This document shows, in pieces, positions 47,602 through 61,389 of a stretch of DNA of 64,000 nucleotides; positions within the stretch are counted from its first letter, which is position 1, and every line of letters begins with the position of its first letter. Origin of the DNA: Octopus bimaculoides (taxonomy: Eukaryota); NCBI RefSeq assembly GCF_001194135.2, contig NC_068983.1:73719095-73783094 (forward strand), in the 5' to 3' direction. The position numbers and the translations under genes were made by a program. The notes beneath the pieces are model-generated. The model saw nothing but the letters and a program-made list of their open reading frames with translations. It searched no databases and was not told the DNA's origin.

Positions 47602-50600
47602 TATACACTTATATTTTTGTTCTTGGTCATCAGTGGAGTTGAAAACATTGAGAAAACTTAGTGACTTAAATGATACGAAACCTTAAAATAATGTTTCTCT
47701 AAATTTTGAAATAATATTCTGCATTGACCTAACCACATGCAAAAAACATGATTCATACTTATATACCTTGTCAAAATTTTAATAGAAAACATTGTGAAAA
47801 AGCGTAATTGTATGACATTAACTTTCACATTGTATANNNNNNNNNNNNNNNNNNNNNNNNNNNNNNNNNNNNNNNNNNNNNNNNNNNNNNNNNNNNNNNN
47901 NNNNNNNNNNNNNNNNNNNNNNNNNNNNNNNNNNNNNNNNNNNNNNNNNNNNNNNNNNNNNNNNNNNNNNNNNNNNNNNNNNNNNNNNNNNNNNNNNNNN
48001 NNNNNNNNNNNNNNNNNNNNNNNNNNNNNNNNNNNNNNNNNNNNNNNNNNNNNNNNNNNNNNNNNNNNNNNNNNNNNNNNNNNNNNNNNNNNNNNNNNNN
48101 NNNNNNNNNNNNNNNNNNNNNNNNNNNNNNNNNNNNNNNNNNNNNNNNNNNNNNNNNNNNNNNNNNNNNNNNNNNNNNNNNNNNNNNNNNNNNNNNNNNN
48201 NNNNNNNNNNNNNNNNNNNNNNNNNNNNNNNNNNNNNNNNNNNNNNNNNNNNNNNNNNNNNNNNNNNNNNNNNNNNNNNNNNNNNNNNNNNNNNNNNNNN
48301 NNNNNNNNNNNNNNNNNNNNNNNNNNNNNNNNNNNNNNNNNNNNNNNNNNNNNNNNNNNNNNNNNNNNNNNNNNNNNNNNNNNNNNNNNNNNNNNNNNNN
48401 NNNNNNNNNNNNNNNNNNNNNNNNNNNNNNNNNNNNNNNNNNNNNNNNNNNNNNNNNNNNNNNNNNNNNNNNNNNNNNNNNNNNNNNNNNNNNNNNNNNN
48501 NNNNNNNNNNNNNNNNNNNNNNNNNNNNNNNNNNNNNNNNNNNNNNNNNNNNNNNNNNNNNNNNNNNNNNNNNNNNATATATATATATATATATATACAT
48601 ACATATATATGTAGGTACTTTTCTGACACTGACAGTCTGGAACCTGTAATACACAGGTACTTGTATCATTCAAGTAAATTTAACATTTGTTTAAGTTAGT
48701 GTGTTGACCGAGGCGACTATACCTGGTTCGGAAAAATCAGTTCCTCAAAAGACCGGGGAACCAAAGGTTCTGGAAAATCGATTTTAGTACTTGTATATAT
48801 TATACAATAGTGCGTAATTGAAGGGCGATTTGGCTACTAATTCTCGTTGGCTGAGTGTTTTTCGTAGAGGTCCCTCCTTCTTATGACCGTATATGTTTGC
48901 TGGGGTGTGTGGGTCTATATGCATATATACATACATTTATCATTGCATCTTGGTACTGCGTGACTGGAAGGGCCTCACGAGAAGTCCATTGATTAGAGGC
49001 CTAATCAATAAGATGCCAAATGTTGGAGTTGGATTAGAGTTGACTAAGATATAAACTATCAAATGCCACCTGTAAATACCGATACGATGTATGTTTGTAA
49101 TGTATGTATGTATGTATGTATGTATTCATTCATTCATTGTTCCTCGAGTGTCTTGCGTAAATATCTTCCTTGCACATATATTCTATTACATTGTTTTTTG
49201 ACATTACAGTATTGAGTACGCTGTGTCATTGAGAAATATATAGACCTCTATATGTATGTATATAAATACGCGTGTGTACGCGCGTATATATATATATATA
49301 TATATATATNNNNNNNNNNNNNNNNNNNNNNNNNNNNNNNNNNNNNNNNNNNNNNNNNNNNNNNNNNNNNNNNNNNNNNNNNNNNNNNNNNNNNNNNNNN
49401 NNNNNNNNNNNNNNNNNNNNNNNNNNNNNNNNNNNNNNNNNNNNNNNNNNNNNNNNNNNNNNNNNNNNNNNNNNNNNNNNNNNNNNNNNNNNNNNNNNNN
49501 NNNNNNNNNNNNNNNNNNNNNNNNNNNNNNNNNNNNNNNNNNNNNNNNNNNNNNNNNNNNNNNNNNNNNNNNNNNNNNNNNNNNNNNNNNNNNNNNNNNN
49601 NNNNNNNNNNNNNNNNNNNNNNNNNNNNNNNNNNNNNNNNNNNNNNNNNNNNNNNNNNNNNNNNNNNNNNNNNNNNNNNNNNNNNNNNNNNNNNNNNNNN
49701 NNNNNNNNNNNNNNNNNNNNNNNNNNNNNNNNNNNNNNNNNNNNNNNNNNNNNNNNNNNNNNNNNNNNNNNNNNNNNNNNNNNNNNNNNNNNNNNNNNNN
49801 NNNNNNNNNNNNNNNNNNNNNNNNNNNNNNNNNNNNNNNNNNNNNNNNNNNNNNNNNNNNNNNNNNNNNNNNNNNNNNNNNNNNNNNNNNNNNNNNNNNN
49901 NNNNNNNNNNNNNNNNNNNNNNNNNNNNNNNNNNNNNNNNNNNNNNNNNNNNNNNNNNNNNNNNNNNNNNNNNNNNNNNNNNNNNNNNNNNNNNNNNNNN
50001 NNNNNNNNNNNNNNNNNNNNNNNNNNNNNNNNNNNNNNNNNNNNNNNNNNNNNNNNNNNNNNNNNNNNNNNNNNNNNNNNNNNNNNNNNNNNNNNNNNNN
50101 NNNNNNNNNNNNNNNNNNNNNNNNNNNNNNNNNNNNNNNNNNNNNNNNNNNNNNNNNNNNNNNNNNNNNNNNNNNNNNNNNNNNNNNNNNNNNNNNNNGA
50201 ACTCAATTTACCATACCTATGCTAAATTTTATCGTCATTCGTGGTATATTCGCATGTTCTTATGTGTGTTTGCTATATAATCTCAAATTATATAAAAACC
50301 TTAATAACAACCCCTTTGCTTCTGTGTTATATTTAGGTTTTACGACTGGATCTTTAGCATTGATTTCGACCAACGACTCTTCCAGTGGTTATATCGACGG
50401 AACTGCCTATTCATTATAATAAGTGGTGTTTGTATTCTGCCGACACGTCGTACCCTTCAATCACTCTTGGTAGATCAGGATCAGACCATAGTTTGTAGAA
50501 AGCATGGACTCTCGAGATTGTTTCCGTCTAACGAATTTTATTCCCAAGTGTTTGTTGGGTCGTCTCGAGTCTTATGACATAGGTTTTATGCACCTTGTCC

Positions 50601-51911
50601 GTGTTTCCTGGAAGTGATCCGGCCTGAACTATCGCTATCTTATTGCTTATAATCTCTACTCAGTCACTCTGGTCCATAAAAAGATAAGATAAAATCGAAA
50701 ATTTACTGCCAACTGCATTAACTTTCTCACGTTCTAATCTGGTTTGGTTTAAGGAAGTCAACCCATTGTGTTCTCTCCTCAAATTAATTTGTTTGTTTGT
50801 TTGTTTGTATGTGCAGGGCGTGTGGCGTGTGTGTGTGTGTTGGTAAGACGTGTATGTGTTTGTGGTGTATATGTGGGGTGAGTGTGAGGTGTGTGTGGTG
50901 CATGCATGCGTGTGTGTATGTGTGTGTATGCGTGTGTGTGTGTGCGCGTGTGCTTATGTGTGTGTGTGCGTGTATATGGAAGAAGTGGCGGGGGCGAGTA
51001 CTGACTGAACTTATTTCCATTGGTGGCGAGAAAAATTCTGAACGGTTACATACGTACACTCCATGGTTTAACTGTGACCCAAGTCAACACCGACAAAGAG
51101 GCTTTACGACAAATAAATAAATAAATAAATAAACAAACAAAACATTTCACACTACAACACTTGCGCAAAATCAATTTTGACTCCTTTCTACTTTCACTTT
51201 CTCTCTGTCTCTTCAATTCTATGTCTGTTTCTCTACATCACTGGCTCCAAAACCACAACAACCTTGGACTTTTAATTAATTGTTTATATAATTATGAAGG
51301 GGAGACTACAGGCACATAGCATAAGCGCGGAGGCGGAGGCGGAGACAAAGTGGTAGGGGAAAGCAAGAGACCATCATTATTTAATTATAATTTAAATACC
51401 TCAGCTACTAAATTATATCACTAGATATTATTGCACATAGGTACTCACGCACGCACACATACTACATATATTACGATCGTTACTCCTAGTTTCTCGCCAC
51501 CGGACTTATACGCCGATTAACATAACCGTTTGAAGATGAGCAACGAGGAACTCCGAGTAACGGCTTTCAGTAAATTATTTCACTATTTTTAGTATCGAGT
51601 ACTCTTTTTATCCGACCCTCCTGTTTATAATCACATGCGTATACACACTCATTCACACTCACACACACAGTCACACACACACACTCGCACGCACACAGAG
51701 GCACACAAACGCGTATGTACACACATCACACATGTGTGTAGCATTCTCTTGTTTATGTTTGCACATACATTACATCATATTTGTTTACATTATATAGTCT
51801 GTTAATTGTTTCATTAACAAGCGTTTATACATACATACGTACATACATACATACATACATACATACATACATACGTACATACATACATTCATACGTACAT
51901 GCATACATACA

Positions 51912-51945
<34 letters not shown>

Positions 51946-52022
51946 CATACATATACACTCACACACATGCACACATCTATAATCTATCTATCCATATGTA
52001 TGTACATTCACATATAAATCGT

Positions 52023-52336
52023 GAGGTGTGTTTCTTAGTGGTTCGGGTTTCGGCTCACGATCGTAAGGTCGTGAGTTCAATTCCCGGCGACGCGTTATGT
52101 CCTTGAGCAAGACACTTAATTTCACGTTGCTCCAGTCTAGTCGACTGTCAAAAATTGAGTCGTACCTGTAATTCAAAGGGCCAGCCTTGACACGTTCTGT
52201 GTCACAGTGAAATCTCACCGAGAACTACGTGAACGGTATGCGTGTCTGTGGAGTACTCAGCACGTTAATTTCACCAGCAGGCTGTTCCGTTGAACAGATC
52301 AACTGGAACACACATTGTCGTAACCGACGGAATGCT
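52023..52336 (+). mobile_element. SINE C2: C-type head + CORE-like block + C tail
   Basis: GAGTTCAATTCCCGG..GTCCTTGAGCAAGACACTTAATTTCACGTTGCTCCAG, then CCTGTAATTCAAAGGGCCAGCCTTG as in C1. Confidence 0.8.
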
Positions 52337-52605
52337 ATTTGTTATATAAACCTTAAGCATTATATGTATATAAGTTTGTATGCATAAACATCTATACGAT
52401 ACTTGCGACACAGTGGCAAATATAAATACATCAAAGAAACAACCTATGTATCATGTTATTCAAACAGAGAAATAAATGTTATCATGCTGGGAGGGTTATT
52501 TGCGGACATTGAACATTACTTATTTCCTCAAATCCCTCTATTTTACTATATATTATTTTTTTCAAATCCAGGTCATCATTATTCGAACAAACCGTTCGTC
52601 TGAGG

Positions 52606-52840
52606 CAGTGGTTTTCAACTGGGGTTCATATAAGATTTTGTTGCTAAAATTTATGTCTAATGAATTCGTTATACTTCTTCAATGGACTAAATGTTTTAAC
52701 ATTTTTAATGCAATTCTTAATAATATTTAATAATAAAAATATAGTAGGATTTTTTAAACATTAAATAATCTATGAGGGTCCACCCGAATAAAATAGGAAT
52801 GGAAGGGGTCCACAGGCAAAAAAATGCTTGAGAACAACTG
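52606..52840. mobile_element. hAT-type MITE with 8-bp TSD
   Basis: TIR CAGTGGTTTTCAAC / CTTGAGAACAACTG; TSD GTCTGAGG (52598-52605) and GTCTAAGG (52841-52848). Confidence 0.8.
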
Positions 52841-53726
52841 GTCTAAGGCATTCTAGCCCCAACCACATTGTTTTGTTTTCTTCTGTTGTTGTAATTATAG
52901 GATTACGTTGCCCTATGTGTATTTCTTTTATTAAAACTATGGTATGATTTGAGAGAATTTGGTTGTTATTTTTAGAAAATCAAGTGACCTGCATATAGGA
53001 TCTCTCTCGTTGGCTCAATAATGTAGCAGATAAAGTACCGGGAAATTCGTTCACTACTTTCGCTGTCTCCGTCGTCTAGCTACGTTAGTTACACATGCTG
53101 TGATGGTGCTATATGTCTTATTGAAAACTTAAACGAGAATTATCCGTGATATAAGTGTTAAAATTCGATATGAACTAATAATAGACAATCGGTGGTAATG
53201 GTGGTGGTGGTAATAATTGTGGTGATGGTGGTGGTGGTGCTAGTTTAGTCGGTAGAGGTGGAATTGCGAATACACCCACACTCATAGATACGCATGTATG
53301 TAATGTATGCATGGCTGGATGGACGGGATGGAGGGTGAGGTGCAATGTATATAAATAATGTGAGTGTATGGAGGGACGGACGGGTAGGCGGGTGGGCAGA
53401 TGGCTGGATAGGTGGACTGCAATTAAGGTGAGAGTATGACTGGATGGAATAGATGGAAGGATTGATGGATAGAAGTAAGGTATGTAAATAATTCTTTCTA
53501 ATGTTGGCACAAGAGAACTAGTTAGTTCATTACATTGACCCCCACCAGAGCTTAACTGGTACTGATTTTATTGATCCGGAAATGATGAAATGCAAAGTTG
53601 ACCTTGGTGAAATTTGAACCCAGAACGTAAAGACACGAAATGTCACCAAGCTTTTACTCGCCACCAATGTATATAAATAACGAGCATTTCTATACGTATG
53701 TGTGTACATATATATTTACATACTTG

Positions 53727-53955
53727 AAGGCGGCGAGCTGGCAGAATCGTTAGCACGCCGGGCGAAATGCCTAGTGGTATTTTGTCTGCTGTTATGTTCT
53801 GAGTTCAAATTCCGCCGAGGTTGACTTTGCCTTTCATCCTTTCGGGGTCGATAAATTAAGTACCGGTTGCGCACTGTGTTGATGTAATCGACTTAATCCC
53901 TTTGTCTGTCCTTGTTTGTCCCCTCTATGTTTAGTTCCTTGTGGGCAGTAAAGAA
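53727..53955 (+). mobile_element. Full-length young family-B SINE (alternative tail) with 19-bp TSD
   Basis: TSD ATATATATTTACATACTTG at 53708-53726 and 53956-53974; A/B boxes; GCCTTTCATCCTTTCGGGGTCGATAAATTAAGTACC central block. Confidence 0.9.
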
Positions 53956-54537
53956 ATATATATTTACATACTTGCATGTGTATGTGTGTGTGTGTGTAGG
54001 CATACATGTATGTATGTATGTATGCATGCATTTTAAATAAACAACAACTTAACCATTCGCGACTATGGGTCTGTGTGCTGTGAGTTCCAGTATTGCTGAG
54101 GTCAACTTTGTCTTTCAGCCTATCGAAGTCAATAGAAAAATACTGCTGTTCGAATGAGTCTGCCATTTCTCAATCAAATCTTGATTGAGTGGACCTTCGA
54201 TCAAAGATCTTTCTACAAAATTCATTTGATCTTCGTGTTATATTTCTTTTTCCTGTCATTGTATATTTAGGACTATATTACCTATCGTGAACTTAGCTCT
54301 TTTAAAGATGATAAACAATGTACAATTTGGGGGAGAGTTTGTTTGCCATTTCTAACATGTCAGACAACCATGTAGTCACAAGTGTAGCTAGAGGGGGTGG
54401 TCCACCCTGGTTGAAACCACTTTTGGGCCTGCTGTAGGCAATATGTATTTTTTACGAGGGCCTGGGGGTTGGCAAACTGAAGGGTTGCCCTGGGCAGCAC
54501 ACACTCTAGCCACTCTAGTACATGTAGTGACTCTCTC

Positions 54538-55540
54538 TACTCTTTTTACTCTTTACTCTTTTACTTGTTTCAGTCATTTGGCTGTGGCCATGCTGGAGCA
54601 CCGCCTTTTAGTCGAGCTAATCGACCCCAGGACTTATTCTTTGTAAGCCGAGTACTTGTACTATCAGTCTCTTTTGCCGAACTGCTAAGTTATGGGGACG
54701 TAAACACACCACCATCGGTTGTCAAGCGATGTTGGGNNNNNNNNNNNNNNNNNNNNNNNNNNNNNNNNNNNNNNNNNNNNNNNNNNNNNNNNNNNNNNNN
54801 NNNNNNNNNNNNNNNNNNNNNNNNNNNNNNNNNNNNNNNNNNNNNNNNNNNNNNNNNNNNNNNNNNNNNNNNNNNNNNNNNNNNNNNNNNNNNNNNNNNN
54901 NNNNNNNNNNNNNNNNNNNNNNNNNNNNNNNNNNNNNNNNNNNNNNNNNNNNNNNNNNNNNNNNNNNNNNNNNNNNNNNNNNNNNNNNNNNNNNNNNNNN
55001 NNNNNNNNNNNNNNNNNNNNNNNNNNNNNNNNNNNNNNNNNNNNNNNNNNNNNNNNNNNNNNNNNNNNNNNNNNNNNNNNNNNNNNNNNNNNNNNNNNNN
55101 NNNNNNNNNNNNNNNNNNNNNNNNNNNNNNNNNNNNNNNNNNNNNNNNNNNNNNNNNNNNNNNNNNNNNNNNNNNNNNNNNNNNNNNNNNNNNNNNNNNN
55201 NNNNNNNNNNNNNNNNNNNNNNNNNNNNNNNNNNNNNNNNNNNNNNNNNNNNNNNNNNNNNNNNNNNNNNNNNNNNNNNNNNNNNNNNNNNNNNNNNNNN
55301 NNNNNNNNNNNNNNNNNNNNNNNNNNNNNNNNNNNNNNNNNNNNNNNNNNNNNNNNNNNNNNNNNNNNNNNNNNNNNNNNNNNNNNNNNNNNNNNNNNNN
55401 NNNNNNNNNNNNNNNNNNNNNNNNNNNNNNNNNNNNNNNNNNNNNNNNNNNNNNNNNNNNNNNNNNNNNNNNNNNNNNNNNNNNNNNNNNNNNNNNNNNN
55501 NNNNNNNNNNNNNNNNNNNNNNNNNNNNNNNNNNNNNNNN

Positions 55541-55583
<43 letters not shown>

Positions 55584-55743
55584 TACGACGGGCTTCTTTC
55601 AGTTTCCGTCTACCAAATCCACTCACATGGCTTTGGTCGACCCGAGGCTATAGTAGAAGACACTTGCCCAAGGTCCCACGCAGTGGGACTGAACCCGAAA
55701 CCATGTGGTTGGTAAGCAAGCTACTTACCACACAGCCACTCCT
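54538..55743 (-). mobile_element. Family-A SINE with an assembly gap replacing the central microsatellite
   Basis: Tail at 54538-54736, gap 54737-55540, (TA)n and 5' half at 55541-55743. Confidence 0.75.
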
Positions 55744-55951
55744 GAACAGAAAAAAAATGGATGATCATAGCTGGAATGTGTAAACCAGTGATTCTTAAGC
55801 ATTTTTTTGCAGCCCCACTGTTGTTATTCTTAGCACCCACCTATGTGGTGAGTGAGGTATCACAACTAAACTAACATACCATGGATAATGATTTATAAAT
55901 TTTACTCTAAAAATGGATTGTATTGTATAAACTTTTAACAGTGAAATGATT

Positions 55952-56358
55952 CAGAAGTGGCTGTGTGGTAAGTAGCTTGCTTACCAACCACATGGTTCCG
56001 GGTTCATTCCCACTGCGTAGTATCTTGGGCAAGTGTCTTCTACTATAGCCTCGGGCCGACCAAAGCCTTGTGAGTGGATCTGGTAGACGGAAACTGAAAG
56101 AAGCTTGTCGTATATATGTATATATATATATATGTGTGTATGTGTTTGTGTATCTGTGTTTGTTCCCCAACATCGCTTGACAACCGATGCTGGTGTGTTT
56201 ACGTCCCCGTAACTTAGCGGTTCGGCAAAAGAGACTGATAGAATAAGTACTAGGCTTCCAAAAGAATAAGTCCTGGGGTTGATTTGCACGACTAAAAGGC
56301 AGTGCCCCAGCATGGCCACAACCAAATGACTGAGACAAGTAAAAGAGTAAAAGAGTAA
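55952..56358 (+). mobile_element. Full-length family-A SINE
   Basis: All modules present; ends AAAAGAGTAAAAGAGT. Confidence 0.9.
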
Positions 56359-56654
56359 AGACAAAAGTTATCAATTTACTTTTTGAAAGCTAATGTCTTC
56401 TCTGCACCTGATGAGATCTCATTATACTTTAATAACCGTTACTGCTTTTAATATAATTATTACTACAGGTAGAATTTAGCATGTTAATTATGTCACCCCC
56501 NNNNNNNNNNNNNNNNNNNNNNNNNNNNNNNNNNNNNNNNNNNNNNNNNNNNNNNNNNNNNNNNNNNNNNNNNNNNNNNNNNNNNNNNNNNNNNNNNNNN
56601 NNNNNNNNNNNNNNNNNNNNNNNNNNNNNNNNNNNNNNNNNNNNNNNNNNNNNN

Positions 56655-56897
56655 AGGGGGTCCGTGGACAGCAAATACTTTTTATGGGCAATTTGATTTT
56701 ATATATGTTTTTTAATCGAAATCTTTTAATTGACAATAAACCTATTTGTTAAATACTGTTAAATAAATAAATGTAAAAATATATGTTATTTTAAGCAAAT
56801 ATTTATGTATAAATTTCATAAGCGTTTATAAGGGGGTCCCTAAGGTAAAGCCTGAAATATAAAGGGGTCCACAAGTCAAAAAGTTTGAAAACCCCTG
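56655..56897. mobile_element. hAT-type MITE (right part; left end in gap)
   Basis: Ends TTTGAAAACCCCTG|GTCTAAAC; GGGGTCC repeats as in 52606-52840. Confidence 0.6.
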
Positions 56898-57343
56898 GTC
56901 TAAACAATGACAACTGCTATTATCTACTAGTCCTGCCACAGCTACTGCTGCTACCACTGCTACCACCACTACCACCAACCAAGTCAAGGAAGCTGCACTT
57001 TCATGGTTGCTTGACCTACATGAAACAGTAGCAAGACAAAAAGAAAATCAAATTAGTTTTGTGTATTGTTTTCCTTACACTTTCAGAGCGTAAGATATGA
57101 ATGAAAACAAGTTCTTTATGATATTTTTTTTTCATGCCATTTGTATTTAAATTGCTCTTGTTATTGTTTTGCTCTAGGTCAACCATGCTTGTGCCGATGT
57201 TGTTGTTGTTGCTGTTGCTTTATCCTAGCTCAACTTTCATTGAAAGAGATTTATATCCAAAGTTTTTCCTGCTGTAACACACCCGTTCTTTTTTTTTCTT
57301 TTTTACCCATAGTATATTTAGGATCACTGAGGTGTGGCAGTGG

Positions 57344-57375
<32 letters not shown>

Positions 57376-57522
57376 AGTTTTCTTTATAAGTACATGATTT
57401 TGAGTTCTACCTCACTGCATGGCACTTTGAGTAAATGTTTTTTTACTAGACTCTTTGGATCAACTAAACTAAGTTGAAAATTGGGAGACAGAAACTGTAC
57501 AGAAGCTCGTTGTGGTGAAAAA

Positions 57523-57569
57523 GGATCTTCAGACATTGGATCTTCAGACATTGGATCTTCAGACATTGG
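57523..57569 (+). repeat. 15-bp tandem repeat x3 (GGATCTTCAGACATT)
   Basis: Three exact copies. Confidence 0.9.
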
Positions 57570-57707
57570 GCCTCACAGAGGGAATGACAAGGAACCATCA
57601 CTCTGGCAGTTTGCTTTGCTTGAGAAGACATGTCAGGCTAAGTAAAATCATGGTTGTCCTGGCATACAAGCATGTCCCTGCATCCCTCTTCAACTGAACG
57701 ATCCTAA

Positions 57708-57985
57708 TCTTGCGGGTTCTTGGCCTGCTGGTGCCACATAAAAGTCACCAGTACCAGTGCCATGTAAAAGCACTCATGCTGGTGATGCATAAAAAGCATC
57801 CAGTACACTTTGTAAAGTGGTTGGCATTAGGAAGGGCATCCAGCCATGGAAACCATGCAGCACTACAGCTGGCCAGCCCCTGTCAACCTGTCCAACCCAT
57901 GCCAGCATGGAAAATGAACATTAAATGATGATAATGATTACGATGATGATAACGAGGATTATGATGATGATGATGATGATGATGA
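57708..57985 (+). mobile_element. Old family-D repeat
   Basis: GGTTGGCATTAGGAAGGGCATCCAGCC..CCCATGCCAGCATGGAAAA, (GAT)n tail. Confidence 0.7.
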
Positions 57986-58822
57986 TATATATACTCTCTC
58001 TCTTTTACTCTTTTACTTGTTTCAGTCATTTGACTGTGGCCATGCTGGAGCACCGCCTTTAGTCGAGCAAATTGACCCCAGGACTTATTCTTTGGATACC
58101 TAGTACTTATTCCATCTGTCTCTTTTGCTGAACCGCTAAGTTACGGGANNNNNNNNNNNNNNNNNNNNNNNNNNNNNNNNNNNNNNNNNNNNNNNNNNNN
58201 NNNNNNNNNNNNNNNNNNNNNNNNNNNNNNNNNNNNNNNNNNNNNNNNNNNNNNNNNNNNNNNNNNNNNNNNNNNNNNNNNNNNNNNNNNNNNNNNNNNN
58301 NNNNNNNNNNNNNNNNNNNNNNNNNNNNNNNNNNNNNNNNNNNNNNNNNNNNNNNNNNNNNNNNNNNNNNNNNNNNNNNNNNNNNNNNNNNNNNNNNNNN
58401 NNNNNNNNNNNNNNNNNNNNNNNNNNNNNNNNNNNNNNNNNNNNNNNNNNNNNNNNNNNNNNNNNNNNNNNNNNNNNNNNNNNNNNNNNNNNNNNNNNNN
58501 NNNNNNNNNNNNNNNNNNNNNNNNNNNNNNNNNNNNNNNNNNNNNNNNNNNNNNNNNNNNNNNNNNNNNNNNNNNNNNNNNNNNNNNNNNNNNNNNNNNN
58601 NNNNNNNNNNNNNNNNNNNNNNNNNNNNNNNNNNNNNNNNNNNNNNNNNNNNNNNNNNNNTAAGTTTATATATATATATACATGCTCTTAAATACAAAGA
58701 CCCTCCCCGGTGAAGAATGTACCCTGAACATAGTTATTAGTGACTTTTCCATGCCAGCATGGAAAAGGGACGTTAAATGATGATGATGATGATGATGATA
58801 TACATATATGTATATGTACATA

Positions 58823-59048
58823 CAGATATGACTGTGTGGTAAGAAGCTTGCTTCCCAACCACATGGTTCCAGGTTCAGTCCTACTGCATGGCACCTTGGG
58901 CAAGTGTCTTCTACTATAGCCTCGGGCTGATCAAAGCCTTGTGAATGGATTTTGTAGAAGGAAACTGAAAGAAGCCCATTGTATATATATATGTTTGTGT
59001 GTCTGTGTTTGTCCCCTCATCATCACTTGACAACTGATGCTGGTGTCT
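58823..59048 (+). mobile_element. Family-A SINE, 3'-truncated
   Basis: Head, CORE-like block, microsatellite and start of tail. Confidence 0.8.
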
Positions 59049-59769
59049 TTATATATATATAATGTGAGTTTAGAGGAATATATTATCTGGGTGGATACTG
59101 TGGTAGCTCTCAGTTATGTTCCAGGTTATGGCTAACCACATTGATTAGTATTTAACGTCTATGGCTACTAGAAGTTGTCACTCATGCTGTAAATTCCTCT
59201 CTGATGGGTAATTCTGTGTTCACTTCAGTGGATGGTAATATTATCTAGAGTGTATATTAGCAATAATTACAACAATAGAGATAACAGAAATTGGTACATA
59301 CTCAAAATTTATTTCTTTTTACTTTACGATGATATACAACATATTTTTATGGCTACGATGACCTACACGTGTTTCCACTGCACAGAGTATAATCAGCTGC
59401 ATATACAACTGAGCATAATTTTCTGTGCAGCTTTGTTCTGGATTTTTCAACCAGCTTATGCTCAAAGTGAACATTTTAAAATAAAAGGAAATAAATATAT
59501 ATATATATTCTGAGTTATCCTTTATTCTCATAAAGTTGGACATGTTTATAGGTTCATGGTTTATGGTGCTTACATGGTGCCAGTGCCTTGTAAAAAGTGC
59601 TCAGTACACTCTGTAAAGTGGATGGCCTTAGGAATGGCATTCAGCTGTAGAAGCTATGCCAGAGCGGACATTGGAGTTTGGTACAGTCCTTTAGCTCACC
59701 AGCTCCTGTCAAACCGTCCAACCCCTTGCAAAACAGATGATAAATCATTATGGGGATGATGGTGTGTGC

Positions 59770-59807
<38 letters not shown>

Positions 59808-60586
59808 CAATAATGATATTCCACTTCTTCACTTGTTACAGTCTGAGAGAAAGAGTGATGTGTTGTTTACATTTCCTGTTGCTGTAACAACTGCTTATAC
59901 CAACATTGCATTTTCTAAGTCCAGTATATGAAGAAATCTCTTACTTAAAAAGCAGGGTTGGCAATAGGAAAAACATCTGGTCATAAAATGATGCCTCTGA
60001 ATAAGTCTCTATCCAACCCATGTCAGCAAATTAACAAATGACTGAGTGAATAAACAAATGTTTAGGAATACATTATTTAGTCTGTCCTCTCTATTTCTGT
60101 TGGGAATATATAGTTTAAGGGAAATTTAACGGGCGTTTCTAGCTGGTGAAGTGACTGTATATAGTTTCCATTGTTTACTTGTTGCTAGAGCAGATGTATG
60201 TATGCTGCTGCATATGCTAATAACTTGGTTGTTGTTCTGGCAAAATCACTTATATTTATTGGTTACTGTTAATCCTTGGAGCATTCAGCTTTCAGGAGTC
60301 AGTAAGTGTGTGTTGGTTGAACAATGAGGTTAATATAATTGATGAATATACTCCCTCAAAATTCTTATTCTGGTAACTAATTAATGGTGACTAGCAGAAT
60401 TGTCAAGGCAAAAGGAAAAAGCTTTGGTCTACATTTTCAAGTGAAATCCTATAGAGGTTAACTTTGTCTTTCCTCCACCTGTCAAGTGCCTGATAAAATA
60501 AATAAGTCAAATTCAAGATTTGATTAATAAACTGTTCCCTAATGCTTACATTTGTAGCTTTATATTTACAAGGCTTTACTACCACA

Positions 60587-60587
<1 letters not shown>

Positions 60588-60648
<61 letters not shown>
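60588..60648 (+). repeat. (TATC)n microsatellite
   Basis: Direct reading of the sequence. Confidence 0.95.
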
Positions 60649-60649
<1 letters not shown>

Positions 60650-61389
60650 GGAAGCTCATCATGTTTGAAGATCATGAGAAAGCAGGAAATTCTTAAATGA
60701 TTATGTAAACCAATCCTTGAATGAAAGGCTTTGGTGCACTTGTGGCATGTTAAGATAGGAATTGTGACAATGACTCTTCTTTCTTTTGGCACCAAAAAAG
60801 TAATCTACATACACACACACACACATGCTTGCGTGCACACATGCATGCACACACACAAGATGAAGTTTGTCTATTTGCTATAGAAAATCAATGAGTTGAA
60901 TTTATATATTCAAAATGAACTTCATAATAACCAGTTCTTTACAATCAAATTAACAAAACCATTTATTTAGTTATTTGCACAGTATTTAATTATGATATTT
61001 AATTTTGAAACTAAAATCAATGATTATTGTTTACAGTGTACATTACAAAATGTAAATATCTGATATAGGAAGAGATTAAACTTTCCTCTCTTGGAGTTCA
61101 TAACTACCTTTAAAAGGAATATAAACATGATGGTATAATTTTGGCAGTTTCAGACAGACAATTTAGTTACAATTTAATTTTAAAAAAATATTTAATTTAA
61201 ACAATATTGTTATACCTTTTTGAAAAAAAATGCTCTTTTTATGCTTTCTTACTGACAATATACTGCTCCACCCCTACCCTACGATGCAGTTTATTGATCA
61301 AAATGAAGTTGCTACTTATTCAATGGGGCTTCTAAATTCTTTAGAATTTTCAGGATTGTTTTTTCTTGGAGATTATATAATACTTTACT

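Noticed and set aside
57523-57569. Short direct repeats as a CRISPR-like array
   Set aside because: No spacers; a simple 15-bp tandem duplication in eukaryotic DNA.
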